Notes under the pieces: generated by a model | Databases searched by the model: none | What the model was told of the DNA's origin: nothing | The model's input: the letters and a program-made list of their open reading frames with translations, nothing else | Shown here: positions 48,353 to 56,951 of the stretch, in pieces | Layout: each line of letters begins with the position of its first letter | How positions within the stretch are numbered: the stretch's first letter is position 1 | Program-made: the position numbers and the translations under genes | DNA from: a virus | Lineage: Duplodnaviria; Caudoviricetes | Length of the DNA: 64,000 nucleotides | IMG/VR virus record: IMGVR_UViG_3300028864_000017 | Reading direction: 5' to 3' (one strand)

Positions 48353-50359
48353 ATGAGTGAATGGATATTGGAATATGAAAATGGTGGAAACATAAGAAAA
48401 AAACTAAATGACTTAAAATATACAGTTGATTCAATTGTTGAATCTGGAAGAACATCTACATCAGGAACAGATGGTACAACAGGTATCTCAGGAACAGATG
48501 GAACATCAGGAACATCAGGTAGTTCTGGAACATCAGGAACATCAGGTAGCTCAGGAACATCAGGTTCATCAGGTAGCTCAGGAACATCAGGAAGCTCTGG
48601 CTCATCAGGAACATCAGGTTCATCAGGAAGCTCTGGCTCATCAGGAACTTCAGGTACAGATGGAACATCAGGAAGCTCAGGAACATCAGGAAGCTCTGGT
48701 TCATCAGGTAGCTCAGGATCGTCAGGTACAGATGGAACATCAGGTTCATCAGGTAGCTCAGGATCGTCAGGTACAGATGGAACATCAGGTAGCTCAGGTT
48801 CATCAGGTAGCTCAGGAACATCAGGCACAGATGGTACATCAGGTACATCAGGAAGCTCTGGCTCATCAGGTAGTTCTGGTAGTTCAGGAACATCAGGCAC
48901 AGATGGTACATCAGGCACAGGCTTTGATACAGTAACTAATTACTCAAATAATAGAATATTAAAATCTGATGGTACTACAAACGGCGCATATGCTGATAGT
49001 GGATTAACATATAATGGATTAACATTAGAAGTAAATGGAGGAATTAATTCAACTGAAAATATAATATCAAAAGGAAGCATAATTTCTGCTATTGTATCAG
49101 TAACAGGAGGTACATCAAATCAATTTTTAAAAGCAGATGGTTCTATTGATTCAACATCATATTCTAATACTAATCATAATCATTATCAATTATATCAACC
49201 TAATGGATTAAATCCTTTTGTATATACTGATAACGGAGGATCATTTCATATTGATGGAAATATTATACAGTCAGGAACAACTTATGAAACTCATTCTGAA
49301 CAAATATTTACAACGAAAGATTATATAATATTAAGAAGTGGAGCAACAACAGGATTATCAGAAGGTGAATATACTGGATTTGAATCTGTAAAATATGATG
49401 GATTGAGTAATGGTAGATTAGTTTTTGATAATCATGGTATAGCTAGAGTAGGAGATATTGGATATGAACAACCTCTATCTACAAGAGAAGAAATTCCAAC
49501 AGATAATTATTTGGCTATTTGGAACTCTGGCAAAACAAGATTTGAATCTATAAATCCAATAGATTTACCTGTTTCAACACAGACTATAAATTTAATTAGT
49601 GATGAGACTATTAGTAGAATAAGCGGAGATACTATATTAACTAATTTAATAAGTGATGAAACATTCAATAGACTGTCTGGTGATACTTCATTAACAAGCA
49701 TAATAAGTGATGAAACATCTAATAGAATAAGCGGATATACATCATTAAATAATTTAATAAGTGATGAAACATTCAATAGAATAAGCGGATATACATATTT
49801 AAACAATTTAATTACAGGAGAAACATTTAATAGAATTTCTGGTGAAACATCATTAACAAACTTAATAAGCGATGAGACTATTGACAGAATAAGTGGAGAT
49901 ACACAATTGAATAACTTAATTACAGGAATAACACAAAATATTATTAATTATATTCCTTATACTGGTTCAACTTCAAATGTTGATTTAGGTAATAATAATA
50001 TTTCAGCCAGTTTATTTATTAAATCAGGAGGAACATCATCTCAATTCTTAAAAGCTAACGGTACGGTAGATAGTAATTATTATATAAATGCAACAATAAT
50101 AAATACAATATCTATATTAATTTTAAATTGGTCTAGTTCTGTAAATGCGAACGGTTTTTATTATTATACAATATCAGATACAAATGTATCAATAACATCA
50201 TGGATAGATGCAGTATTTTCAAATTTGAACTCATCTGATGTTTCAAGTTCTGGAATACAACCATCTATAACAACAGCATCAGGAAGTTTTATAATAGAAT
50301 CAACTTCTGTACCAAAAACTGATTTAACATTAACATACAAAATAATAGGAGGAATATAA
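48353..50359 (+). CDS. tail-fibre-like protein with Ser/Thr-Gly repeat block and 18-aa helical repeats
   Basis: about 155 aa of (S/T/D)G(S/T); GGTS.QFLKA(D/N)G twice; six LISDET.NRISGDT.L.N units. Confidence 0.75.
   Translation: MSEWILEYENGGNIRKKLNDLKYTVDSIVESGRTSTSGTDGTTGISGTDGTSGTSGSSGTSGTSGSSGTSGSSGSSGTSGSSGSSGTSGSSGSSGSSGTSGTDGTSGSSGTSGSSGSSGSSGSSGTDGTSGSSGSSGSSGTDGTSGSSGSSGSSGTSGTDGTSGTSGSSGSSGSSGSSGTSGTDGTSGTGFDTVTNYSNNRILKSDGTTNGAYADSGLTYNGLTLEVNGGINSTENIISKGSIISAIVSVTGGTSNQFLKADGSIDSTSYSNTNHNHYQLYQPNGLNPFVYTDNGGSFHIDGNIIQSGTTYETHSEQIFTTKDYIILRSGATTGLSEGEYTGFESVKYDGLSNGRLVFDNHGIARVGDIGYEQPLSTREEIPTDNYLAIWNSGKTRFESINPIDLPVSTQTINLISDETISRISGDTILTNLISDETFNRLSGDTSLTSIISDETSNRISGYTSLNNLISDETFNRISGYTYLNNLITGETFNRISGETSLTNLISDETIDRISGDTQLNNLITGITQNIINYIPYTGSTSNVDLGNNNISASLFIKSGGTSSQFLKANGTVDSNYYINATIINTISILILNWSSSVNANGFYYYTISDTNVSITSWIDAVFSNLNSSDVSSSGIQPSITTASGSFIIESTSVPKTDLTLTYKIIGGI
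48456..48920 (+). repeat. 9-bp-period repeat encoding SG(T/S) tripeptides
   Basis: tcaggaaca / tcaggtagc / tctggctca units. Confidence 0.95.
49592..49927 (+). repeat. six 54-bp tandem repeats (18 aa)
   Basis: tta-at..gt-gatga.ac in register at 49592, 49862 and 49916. Confidence 0.9.
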
Positions 50360-50360
50360 T

Positions 50361-52484
50361 ATGTCAGGAATAATAAGATTACCAAGTCAAACATCAATAT
50401 CATCATCACCAGTAATAACACCGATAATACCATGGACCCCACAACCAGATTGGATAGATATTTCAGATACTAGTATAAATGAGATTAAATTGCTTGTAGC
50501 TGATGATTGTATCGCATATTGTTTTAACGTTATAACATCAACTGGGTCAGTATATACTATTGATTGGGGTGATGGAATCGTAACAACTAATAATATTAGC
50601 GGAACAAATTATCAGCATAAGTATGTAATTGGTACTGGGCAACCTTGTTCTCTCGGGTATACAACATTTGTGATTAGTATTCGTAGTGTAATTGGGAATC
50701 TTAGTACGTTTGCCATAAAAGCTCATACACTTACTAAATCTACTCAAATACAAAAAATTTTATATGCGAATATTATGAATGCTATTTATTTAACAACTTA
50801 TAATAGTATGTTTTATAGTAACTATTCTTTATTCTCTCTTCCTTTTTTGGAAAGTGTAATCTTTCCGTTAAATTCTACAGGTCTATCAATAAATTCAAGT
50901 TCTATGCTTAATAATAGTGGAGTGATATCAATAGTATTACCATTAGATTTTAATTTAATTACAGATTCAAGTTACATGTTTAATAATTGTACTAAGTTGA
51001 AATCAATAGTTATGCCAGTATCATGGGGTGCAAATAAAAACACCAGTTATATGTTTCAAAATTGCGCAAAATTACAATCAATTACATTACCATCTAGTTT
51101 TAATTTAGTTACAACCTGCACATATATGTTTTCACGCTGTGATATTTTAATTGACGTAAATTTTTCTTATTGGGGTAATGTTACGAATACAAGTTATATG
51201 TTTTACGTTTGCCCTTATATATCTTCAATTATATTACCATTATCTTGGGGTAAAGTAATAACAACTAGTAATATGTTTGCCTTATGCCCAAAATTAAAAA
51301 GCATAAGATTTCCGTCATCTTGGGGAAGTGTAAATACTATTACTTATATGTTCTTTGCGTGTAATTCTTTAGTGTCAGTATACCTACCTGAATGGGGAAG
51401 TGTGACAAATGCTAGTTATTTATTTTATAACTGTGCTTCTTTACAGAATGTAAGCTTTCCAACATCTTGGGGAAACCTTAATACTATAGCATATATGTTT
51501 TATGGATGTACATCTTTAGTGTCAATAAAATTTCCAACATCATTTACAAACGTAACTATCGCTACTTTAATGTTTTATGGATGTACCTCTTTAGTGTCAA
51601 TAATTTTTCCACCATCTTTTGGAAGCCTAACAACAGTTCAAAATATGTTTCAAAGTTGTACATCTTTATCTTCAATTGCTTTCCCAGATTGGGGAAATGT
51701 TACAAACGCAAATGGTATCACTTATGGGTGTTCTTCTTTAGTTTCTGTAACATTTCCACCAACATGGGGTAACGTTACGGATGCGAGTCAAATGTTTTAC
51801 GTGTGTAATAGTTTATCATCAATAATATTGCCATCGTCTTGGGGAAAAGTTACAAATCTTAGTACTATGTTTTGGTATTGTAGTTCTTTAACAAAAATAG
51901 AATTACCAACATCTTGGGATCTAGTTACTAGTATTTCAGTTATGTTTTCACATTCTTCTATTTCTTCATTAGTACTACCGTCTTCATGGGGTGTCGTGAG
52001 TAATATTGGGGGTTTTGCGTCTAACATGCTAAGATTACAATCAATTGTTTTGCCATTAGCATTCGGAAATATAATTGACGCTAGTAATATGTTTTCTGGC
52101 TGTCCTAATTTACCGAATAACCCTGGCTTTGAATATATAGGTAGCTTAACTTCTCAATGTAATTTCAATGGGGCATTTCTTTCTACTGAATATGTTAATG
52201 GTGAAATGATTTTAGATTCTAAAATTTCTTCGATTACGATTGCTGGGACTTCAGGAATTCCAAATCAAGTTACAAGCATAAGGCTAACTAATACTGGTAG
52301 TACATTCACTGGTTCTTCTCCTCAAGTTGATGTTTCTTATTGTAATTTAGATGCGATAGCCTTAAATACATTATTTGGAGACTTACCAACATTATCTGGT
52401 AAAGCAATAAAAATTACAGGTTGTTTAGGATTTTCTACTTGTGATAAAACTATTGCAACAAATAAAGGTTGGACCGTATCCTAA
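50361..52484 (+). CDS. BspA/DUF285-like leucine-rich-repeat protein, probable receptor-binding fibre tip
   Basis: about 15 repeats of 24-25 aa, L.SI.(F/L)P.SWG.VT....MF..C.S; WTPQPDWID and TIDWGDG N-terminal domain; ATNKGWTV end. Confidence 0.8.
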   Translation: MSGIIRLPSQTSISSSPVITPIIPWTPQPDWIDISDTSINEIKLLVADDCIAYCFNVITSTGSVYTIDWGDGIVTTNNISGTNYQHKYVIGTGQPCSLGYTTFVISIRSVIGNLSTFAIKAHTLTKSTQIQKILYANIMNAIYLTTYNSMFYSNYSLFSLPFLESVIFPLNSTGLSINSSSMLNNSGVISIVLPLDFNLITDSSYMFNNCTKLKSIVMPVSWGANKNTSYMFQNCAKLQSITLPSSFNLVTTCTYMFSRCDILIDVNFSYWGNVTNTSYMFYVCPYISSIILPLSWGKVITTSNMFALCPKLKSIRFPSSWGSVNTITYMFFACNSLVSVYLPEWGSVTNASYLFYNCASLQNVSFPTSWGNLNTIAYMFYGCTSLVSIKFPTSFTNVTIATLMFYGCTSLVSIIFPPSFGSLTTVQNMFQSCTSLSSIAFPDWGNVTNANGITYGCSSLVSVTFPPTWGNVTDASQMFYVCNSLSSIILPSSWGKVTNLSTMFWYCSSLTKIELPTSWDLVTSISVMFSHSSISSLVLPSSWGVVSNIGGFASNMLRLQSIVLPLAFGNIIDASNMFSGCPNLPNNPGFEYIGSLTSQCNFNGAFLSTEYVNGEMILDSKISSITIAGTSGIPNQVTSIRLTNTGSTFTGSSPQVDVSYCNLDAIALNTLFGDLPTLSGKAIKITGCLGFSTCDKTIATNKGWTVS

Positions 52485-52508
52485 TACTTATAAATATTAT
52501 AAATTTAT

Positions 52509-52540
52509 TTTGTATATGTCAATTATTATATGTATTTTTG
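52509..52540 (+). promoter_or_regulatory. Bacteroidota-type promoter TTTG-N20-TATTTTTG
   Basis: both -33 and -7 elements with canonical spacing upstream of nadE-like gene. Confidence 0.7.
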
Positions 52541-52567
52541 TAGTCAAATTAAAAACATTTACAAATT

Positions 52568-54340
52568 ATGATTGAAAATGCAAATATTTCAGTACATCAA
52601 ATCAATACTGTAACAGGAGATTTAATTGGTAATACTAGAAAAATACTACAATGTTTAAAATTAGATCATAGCTATGACTCTTATGTAGACATATCAGTGT
52701 TTCCAGAAACTTCAATTAGTGGATATTGTTGTGGTTCTCTTTGGGATCGAGAAGATTTCATTCGTGATCAAATAACAAAATTGAAAGATATAGAAAGATA
52801 TAGAAAAGAATTGAATATGTCAGGAATTATCGTGATAGGATTTGTTTCATCTCACGGTAATAACAGAAATGGATTTCCAGTATTAAAAAATTCAGTAGCT
52901 GTTATTGATAATAATGGTATTCGTACATATGATAAACAATTATTAGCTGATACAGATCATCACGAAGATAGAAAATATTTCACAGAAGGAACTGAAACTA
53001 AAGTTTTTGAAGTTTATTTACCAAATGTAGGTAAAACTATAATTGGAACTCCAATATGTGAAGATGCATGGTTTATGAATCATCACAGAGATATTCCTCA
53101 AGAAATGGTTAACATGGGAGCAGAAATTTTGATTATTCCAAATCAATCATATTTTTATTATGGAAAGCAAAAAATTAGAAAAAATCTTTTTTCTAAAATA
53201 GCTAAAAATAATATGGTTCCTGTTGTTTCTGTAAATTCAGTTGGTTGTGGTGACATCGTTAAAAATATTATAATTTATGATGGTGGATCTCTTGTTTATA
53301 ATAGTTATGGAAGATTAATTAAAGAACTACCTAAATTTGAAGATGCAAATTCAAATTTCAAAATATCAGATTGTGATCCAATTATAGGAAGTGATGATAG
53401 TAAATATAAAGAAATAACTGATGCTATTCTATTTGAGCAAAAAGAATTCTTCAAATTGTCAGGAATTAAAAATGCTCAAGTTCATGTATCAGGAGGACTT
53501 GATTCATCTATTGTAGCAGCATTAGTTTATAAAGCTATGGGTAAAGAACATACCATATTTATTTCAAATCCATCATCATTGAATACTAAATCAAGAGATT
53601 ATGTGACTCAATTAGATGAAAAATTAGGAACTACTACCTATTGGCAACCAATTCAATCTACTGTCAATGAAATATTAGAAGTTGATAAAATTCATATGAG
53701 TGATGCTCCTGAATTAAGTGATACAGGTAAAGCATCAATACATGCAGTGTTAAGAACTGTACTAGGATTAGAAGATACTCACAGATTTAAAAGTGGCATT
53801 GTTTCAACAGGTAATCATACTGAGATCGTTTTGGGTTGGGCATCCTTCCATGATATTGGTTCAATTGGTGTTCATGCTATAATTGGAGATTTAACAAAAG
53901 TTGAATTGTATGAATTATCAGATTATATTAACACTGAATTATATAAAGATGAAATTGTGCCTTTTGATTTATATAATGGAAAATTTAAACCTGCCGCAGA
54001 ATTACCTGATGCAAATGAAGATCCAATTGATTATTGGGTACAAAGTGGAATATGTGCATCTTTAATTCGTGATAGAATGACAAGAGATGATTTAATTTTG
54101 AATTATAAAAATCATTCATTGAATATTGACTATTTTCCTAAAATGGAGGAAGTTTATAAATATGATATTAAACAATGGGATGAGCAAGTTAATTTTGCAG
54201 TTAGTAAAATGAAAATATCAGTATATAAAGCTGCTCAAAGTTCTCCAATTGTTATCATGAGTCCAAGGAGCAGAGGATTTAGTAATCGTGAAACATTAAT
54301 TAATAAATATACACCAATTAATACAGTATCTTTAGATTAA
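52568..54340 (+). CDS. nadE: glutamine-dependent NAD+ synthetase-like enzyme (nitrilase domain + ATP pyrophosphatase domain)
   Basis: QINTVTGDLIGN, FPET..SGY, YDKQLL, ICEDAW (E-K-C triad), YDGGS, SGGLDS, TGNHTE, DLTKVELY, PAAEL. Confidence 0.88.
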   Translation: MIENANISVHQINTVTGDLIGNTRKILQCLKLDHSYDSYVDISVFPETSISGYCCGSLWDREDFIRDQITKLKDIERYRKELNMSGIIVIGFVSSHGNNRNGFPVLKNSVAVIDNNGIRTYDKQLLADTDHHEDRKYFTEGTETKVFEVYLPNVGKTIIGTPICEDAWFMNHHRDIPQEMVNMGAEILIIPNQSYFYYGKQKIRKNLFSKIAKNNMVPVVSVNSVGCGDIVKNIIIYDGGSLVYNSYGRLIKELPKFEDANSNFKISDCDPIIGSDDSKYKEITDAILFEQKEFFKLSGIKNAQVHVSGGLDSSIVAALVYKAMGKEHTIFISNPSSLNTKSRDYVTQLDEKLGTTTYWQPIQSTVNEILEVDKIHMSDAPELSDTGKASIHAVLRTVLGLEDTHRFKSGIVSTGNHTEIVLGWASFHDIGSIGVHAIIGDLTKVELYELSDYINTELYKDEIVPFDLYNGKFKPAAELPDANEDPIDYWVQSGICASLIRDRMTRDDLILNYKNHSLNIDYFPKMEEVYKYDIKQWDEQVNFAVSKMKISVYKAAQSSPIVIMSPRSRGFSNRETLINKYTPINTVSLD

Positions 54341-54355
54341 TTTATTATTTTTAAT

Positions 54356-54391
54356 AAAAAGCATCATTGATTTTCAATGATGCTTTTTTTT
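54356..54391. terminator. intrinsic terminator after nadE-like gene
   Basis: gcatcattga-ttt-tcaatgatgc T8. Confidence 0.9.
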
Positions 54392-54401
54392 GTTAAAATT
54401 A

Positions 54402-54430
54402 TAAACTTATCATAAAAGTTAGAATAAAAA
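54402..54430 (+). promoter_or_regulatory. putative phage promoter TAAACT-N17-TAAAAA
   Basis: exact 17-nt spacer upstream of 54451. Confidence 0.45.
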
Positions 54431-54450
54431 ATAAAAATAAATAATTTATA

Positions 54451-56916
54451 ATGAAAATATTGATAATTTTGCCACATGCCAGTACTGGCGGACTTCCTTC
54501 TGTGTCATTAAAAAGAGTAGAATCTTTAATAAATACAAATGATGTCTATGTAATTGAATATAGACAAATCTCTTGGAGTTTTGTAGTACAAAGGAATAGA
54601 CTGATTGAATTATTAGGAGATAAATTCATTTCACTTGGAGGAATGGAAGATGAAACAAAACGTGATTTTTTTCAAGAAATAATTAATACTATTAATCCTG
54701 ATATTGTTCATATGGAAGAAATACCAGAATTATTTATTTTTGGAATGAGAAATGATCATGTGAGTTGGTTATATAGAGATGATAGACCATATAAAATAAT
54801 AGAAACAACTCACACTTCAACTTTTGATATTAATAAAAAAATATACTTTCCAGATAAGTTTTTATTTGTATCTAAATATTCACAACTACAATATAGTAAA
54901 TTTGACATACCATCTTCTGTTGTTGAATATCCAGTAGAAAAATTAGCATGTAATAACGGATTAGCAATTGATGTATTGAAATTTGATCCTGAGTATTTTC
55001 ATGTTTTGAATGTTGGATTATTTACATCAGGAAAAAATCAAGGATATGTTTTTGATATAGCAGAAAAATTGATAGATTATAAAATACAATTTCATTTTGT
55101 AGGCAATCAAGCAGAGAATTTTTCTGATTATTGGAGTCCATTATTAAATAAAAAACCAGCCAATTGTATAATTCATGGAGAAAGAAGTGATGTTGATTTA
55201 TTTTATCAAGCATCTGATTTACTAATTCATTCATCTTTACTAGAACTTAATCCATTAGCTATCAAAGAAGCAACATCGTATGATTTGCCTGTTTATTTAA
55301 ACAATCTTAATACATATTTAGATACATATGATTTATATAAAAACATTAAATATTTGACAATGAATGTTGATAAAGATTCTAAAAGAATATTAGATAATTT
55401 CAATATAAAAAGATTAGATGATAATATAACATTTCAAGATATATTATTAAAAGAGTATAATAATACTCTTTATATAAATAAAACAACTCAAAGAATAGTA
55501 GAACCACAATATGATTATAATATTGATTTCATTAAAGGAGCAAAGGTAGAAATTGTTGGTGATTCTCCATCTGAATTTTATGTTGAAATATTAGATAAAA
55601 ATACAAATGAAATTATATACAAAAAAATGTTAAACAACAATAATTGGTGTCGTACTAATTATGAATGTTATAAAGAATACAAAATTAACATATTTAAAAA
55701 TAATAAATTAGTAATTACTCATGATTTTGATTTAACTAATAAAAATGTATTGATAACATTAGAAAGCAAATCAATAGGAGATACATTGGCATGGTTTCCA
55801 TATATTGAAGAATTTAGAAAAAAGCATAATTGTAAAGTTCAGTGCTCAACATTTTGGAATAGTTGGTTCATAAATCAATATTCAGAAATAACTTTTGTTG
55901 AACCAGGACAAGAAAACACTGAAAATTTGTATGCAAAATATAAAATAGGTTGGTATTCTCCATATGACAACAATAGAAATCCTATTGATTATAAAACTAT
56001 TCCTTTGCAAAAAACAGCAAGTGATATACTTGGATTAGAATACGAAGAAATTATACCAAAAATTGAAATTCCTGAAGGAATTAGACCAATCAAAGAGAAA
56101 TATGTTTGCATTGGTCAATTCTCAACAGCTAACTCTAAGCACTGGCATTATCCTTGCAAAGATAGCAATAAAGGCTGGCAAATTTTAGTTGATTGGTTTA
56201 ATACACAAGGATATAAAGTTATGGTAATAAGTAAACAACCAACCAATCTTAAAAATATAATAGATAGAACTGGAAATTTTCCTATTGAACACAGAATCAA
56301 TGAATTAAAATGGTCTGAATTTTATATTGGTATTGGATCAGGATTAAGTTGGTTGGCATGGGCTGTTGGTAAGCAAGTAGTAATGATGTCAGGGTTTTCT
56401 AAACCTTTTTGCGAATTTAAAACTAATAACATAAACATACATAATTTTAAAGTGTGTAATGGATGTTTTAATACACACAAATTTGATCCAGGAGATTGGA
56501 ATTGGTGTCCGATAAATAAAAATACTGATAAGCAATTTGAATGCTCTACTAGCATAACACCAGAAATGATAACTGATAGAATAATAGAGTCAAAATTAAT
56601 TGAAAATCCAAAGAAATTTGATTTTAAAAAATATGATGTTAAATATAACTTAGATAAAAACAATATAAATATAACGTATGATAAAAATGAAAATAAATTG
56701 ATGTTATATTATAATGGAGAAGATATGCAAGCATTAAATATTGATATTAAAGATTTAAAATCAAACAAAATATATTATACTTTATCTGAAACATCATTAA
56801 ATAAAAATAGTGTGATTTGGTGCATACCAAAAATAAATTTAGCTGAAGATACAAATAAGTTGAATATAGTATTTTATGAAAAAAATAAAATATTAGAAAT
56901 ACAATATGGAATTTAA
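54451..56916 (+). CDS. two-domain glycosyltransferase: GT4-like N-terminus + TibC/AAH-like protein O-heptosyltransferase domain
   Basis: N: STGGLP, NVGLFTSGKNQ, SDLLIHSSLLELNPLAIKEA; C: SKSIGDTLAWFPY..EF..KH, FYIGIGSGLSWLAWA, CxxC-x13-C-x11-C. Confidence 0.85.
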   Translation: MKILIILPHASTGGLPSVSLKRVESLINTNDVYVIEYRQISWSFVVQRNRLIELLGDKFISLGGMEDETKRDFFQEIINTINPDIVHMEEIPELFIFGMRNDHVSWLYRDDRPYKIIETTHTSTFDINKKIYFPDKFLFVSKYSQLQYSKFDIPSSVVEYPVEKLACNNGLAIDVLKFDPEYFHVLNVGLFTSGKNQGYVFDIAEKLIDYKIQFHFVGNQAENFSDYWSPLLNKKPANCIIHGERSDVDLFYQASDLLIHSSLLELNPLAIKEATSYDLPVYLNNLNTYLDTYDLYKNIKYLTMNVDKDSKRILDNFNIKRLDDNITFQDILLKEYNNTLYINKTTQRIVEPQYDYNIDFIKGAKVEIVGDSPSEFYVEILDKNTNEIIYKKMLNNNNWCRTNYECYKEYKINIFKNNKLVITHDFDLTNKNVLITLESKSIGDTLAWFPYIEEFRKKHNCKVQCSTFWNSWFINQYSEITFVEPGQENTENLYAKYKIGWYSPYDNNRNPIDYKTIPLQKTASDILGLEYEEIIPKIEIPEGIRPIKEKYVCIGQFSTANSKHWHYPCKDSNKGWQILVDWFNTQGYKVMVISKQPTNLKNIIDRTGNFPIEHRINELKWSEFYIGIGSGLSWLAWAVGKQVVMMSGFSKPFCEFKTNNINIHNFKVCNGCFNTHKFDPGDWNWCPINKNTDKQFECSTSITPEMITDRIIESKLIENPKKFDFKKYDVKYNLDKNNINITYDKNENKLMLYYNGEDMQALNIDIKDLKSNKIYYTLSETSLNKNSVIWCIPKINLAEDTNKLNIVFYEKNKILEIQYGI

Positions 56917-56920
56917 AAAT

Positions 56921-56930
56921 TTATATATAA
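56921..56930 (+). promoter_or_regulatory. putative late promoter TTATATATAA
   Basis: 21 nt upstream of IPT-repeat gene. Confidence 0.5.
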
Positions 56931-56951
56931 CGAAAAGAAAAATCGTTATAT

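Noticed and set aside
48346-48935. Alternative-frame and antisense ORFs (PDVPELP..., HQEHQ..., MYLMFL...)
   Set aside because: Shadows of the 9-bp SG repeat in the 48353 gene.
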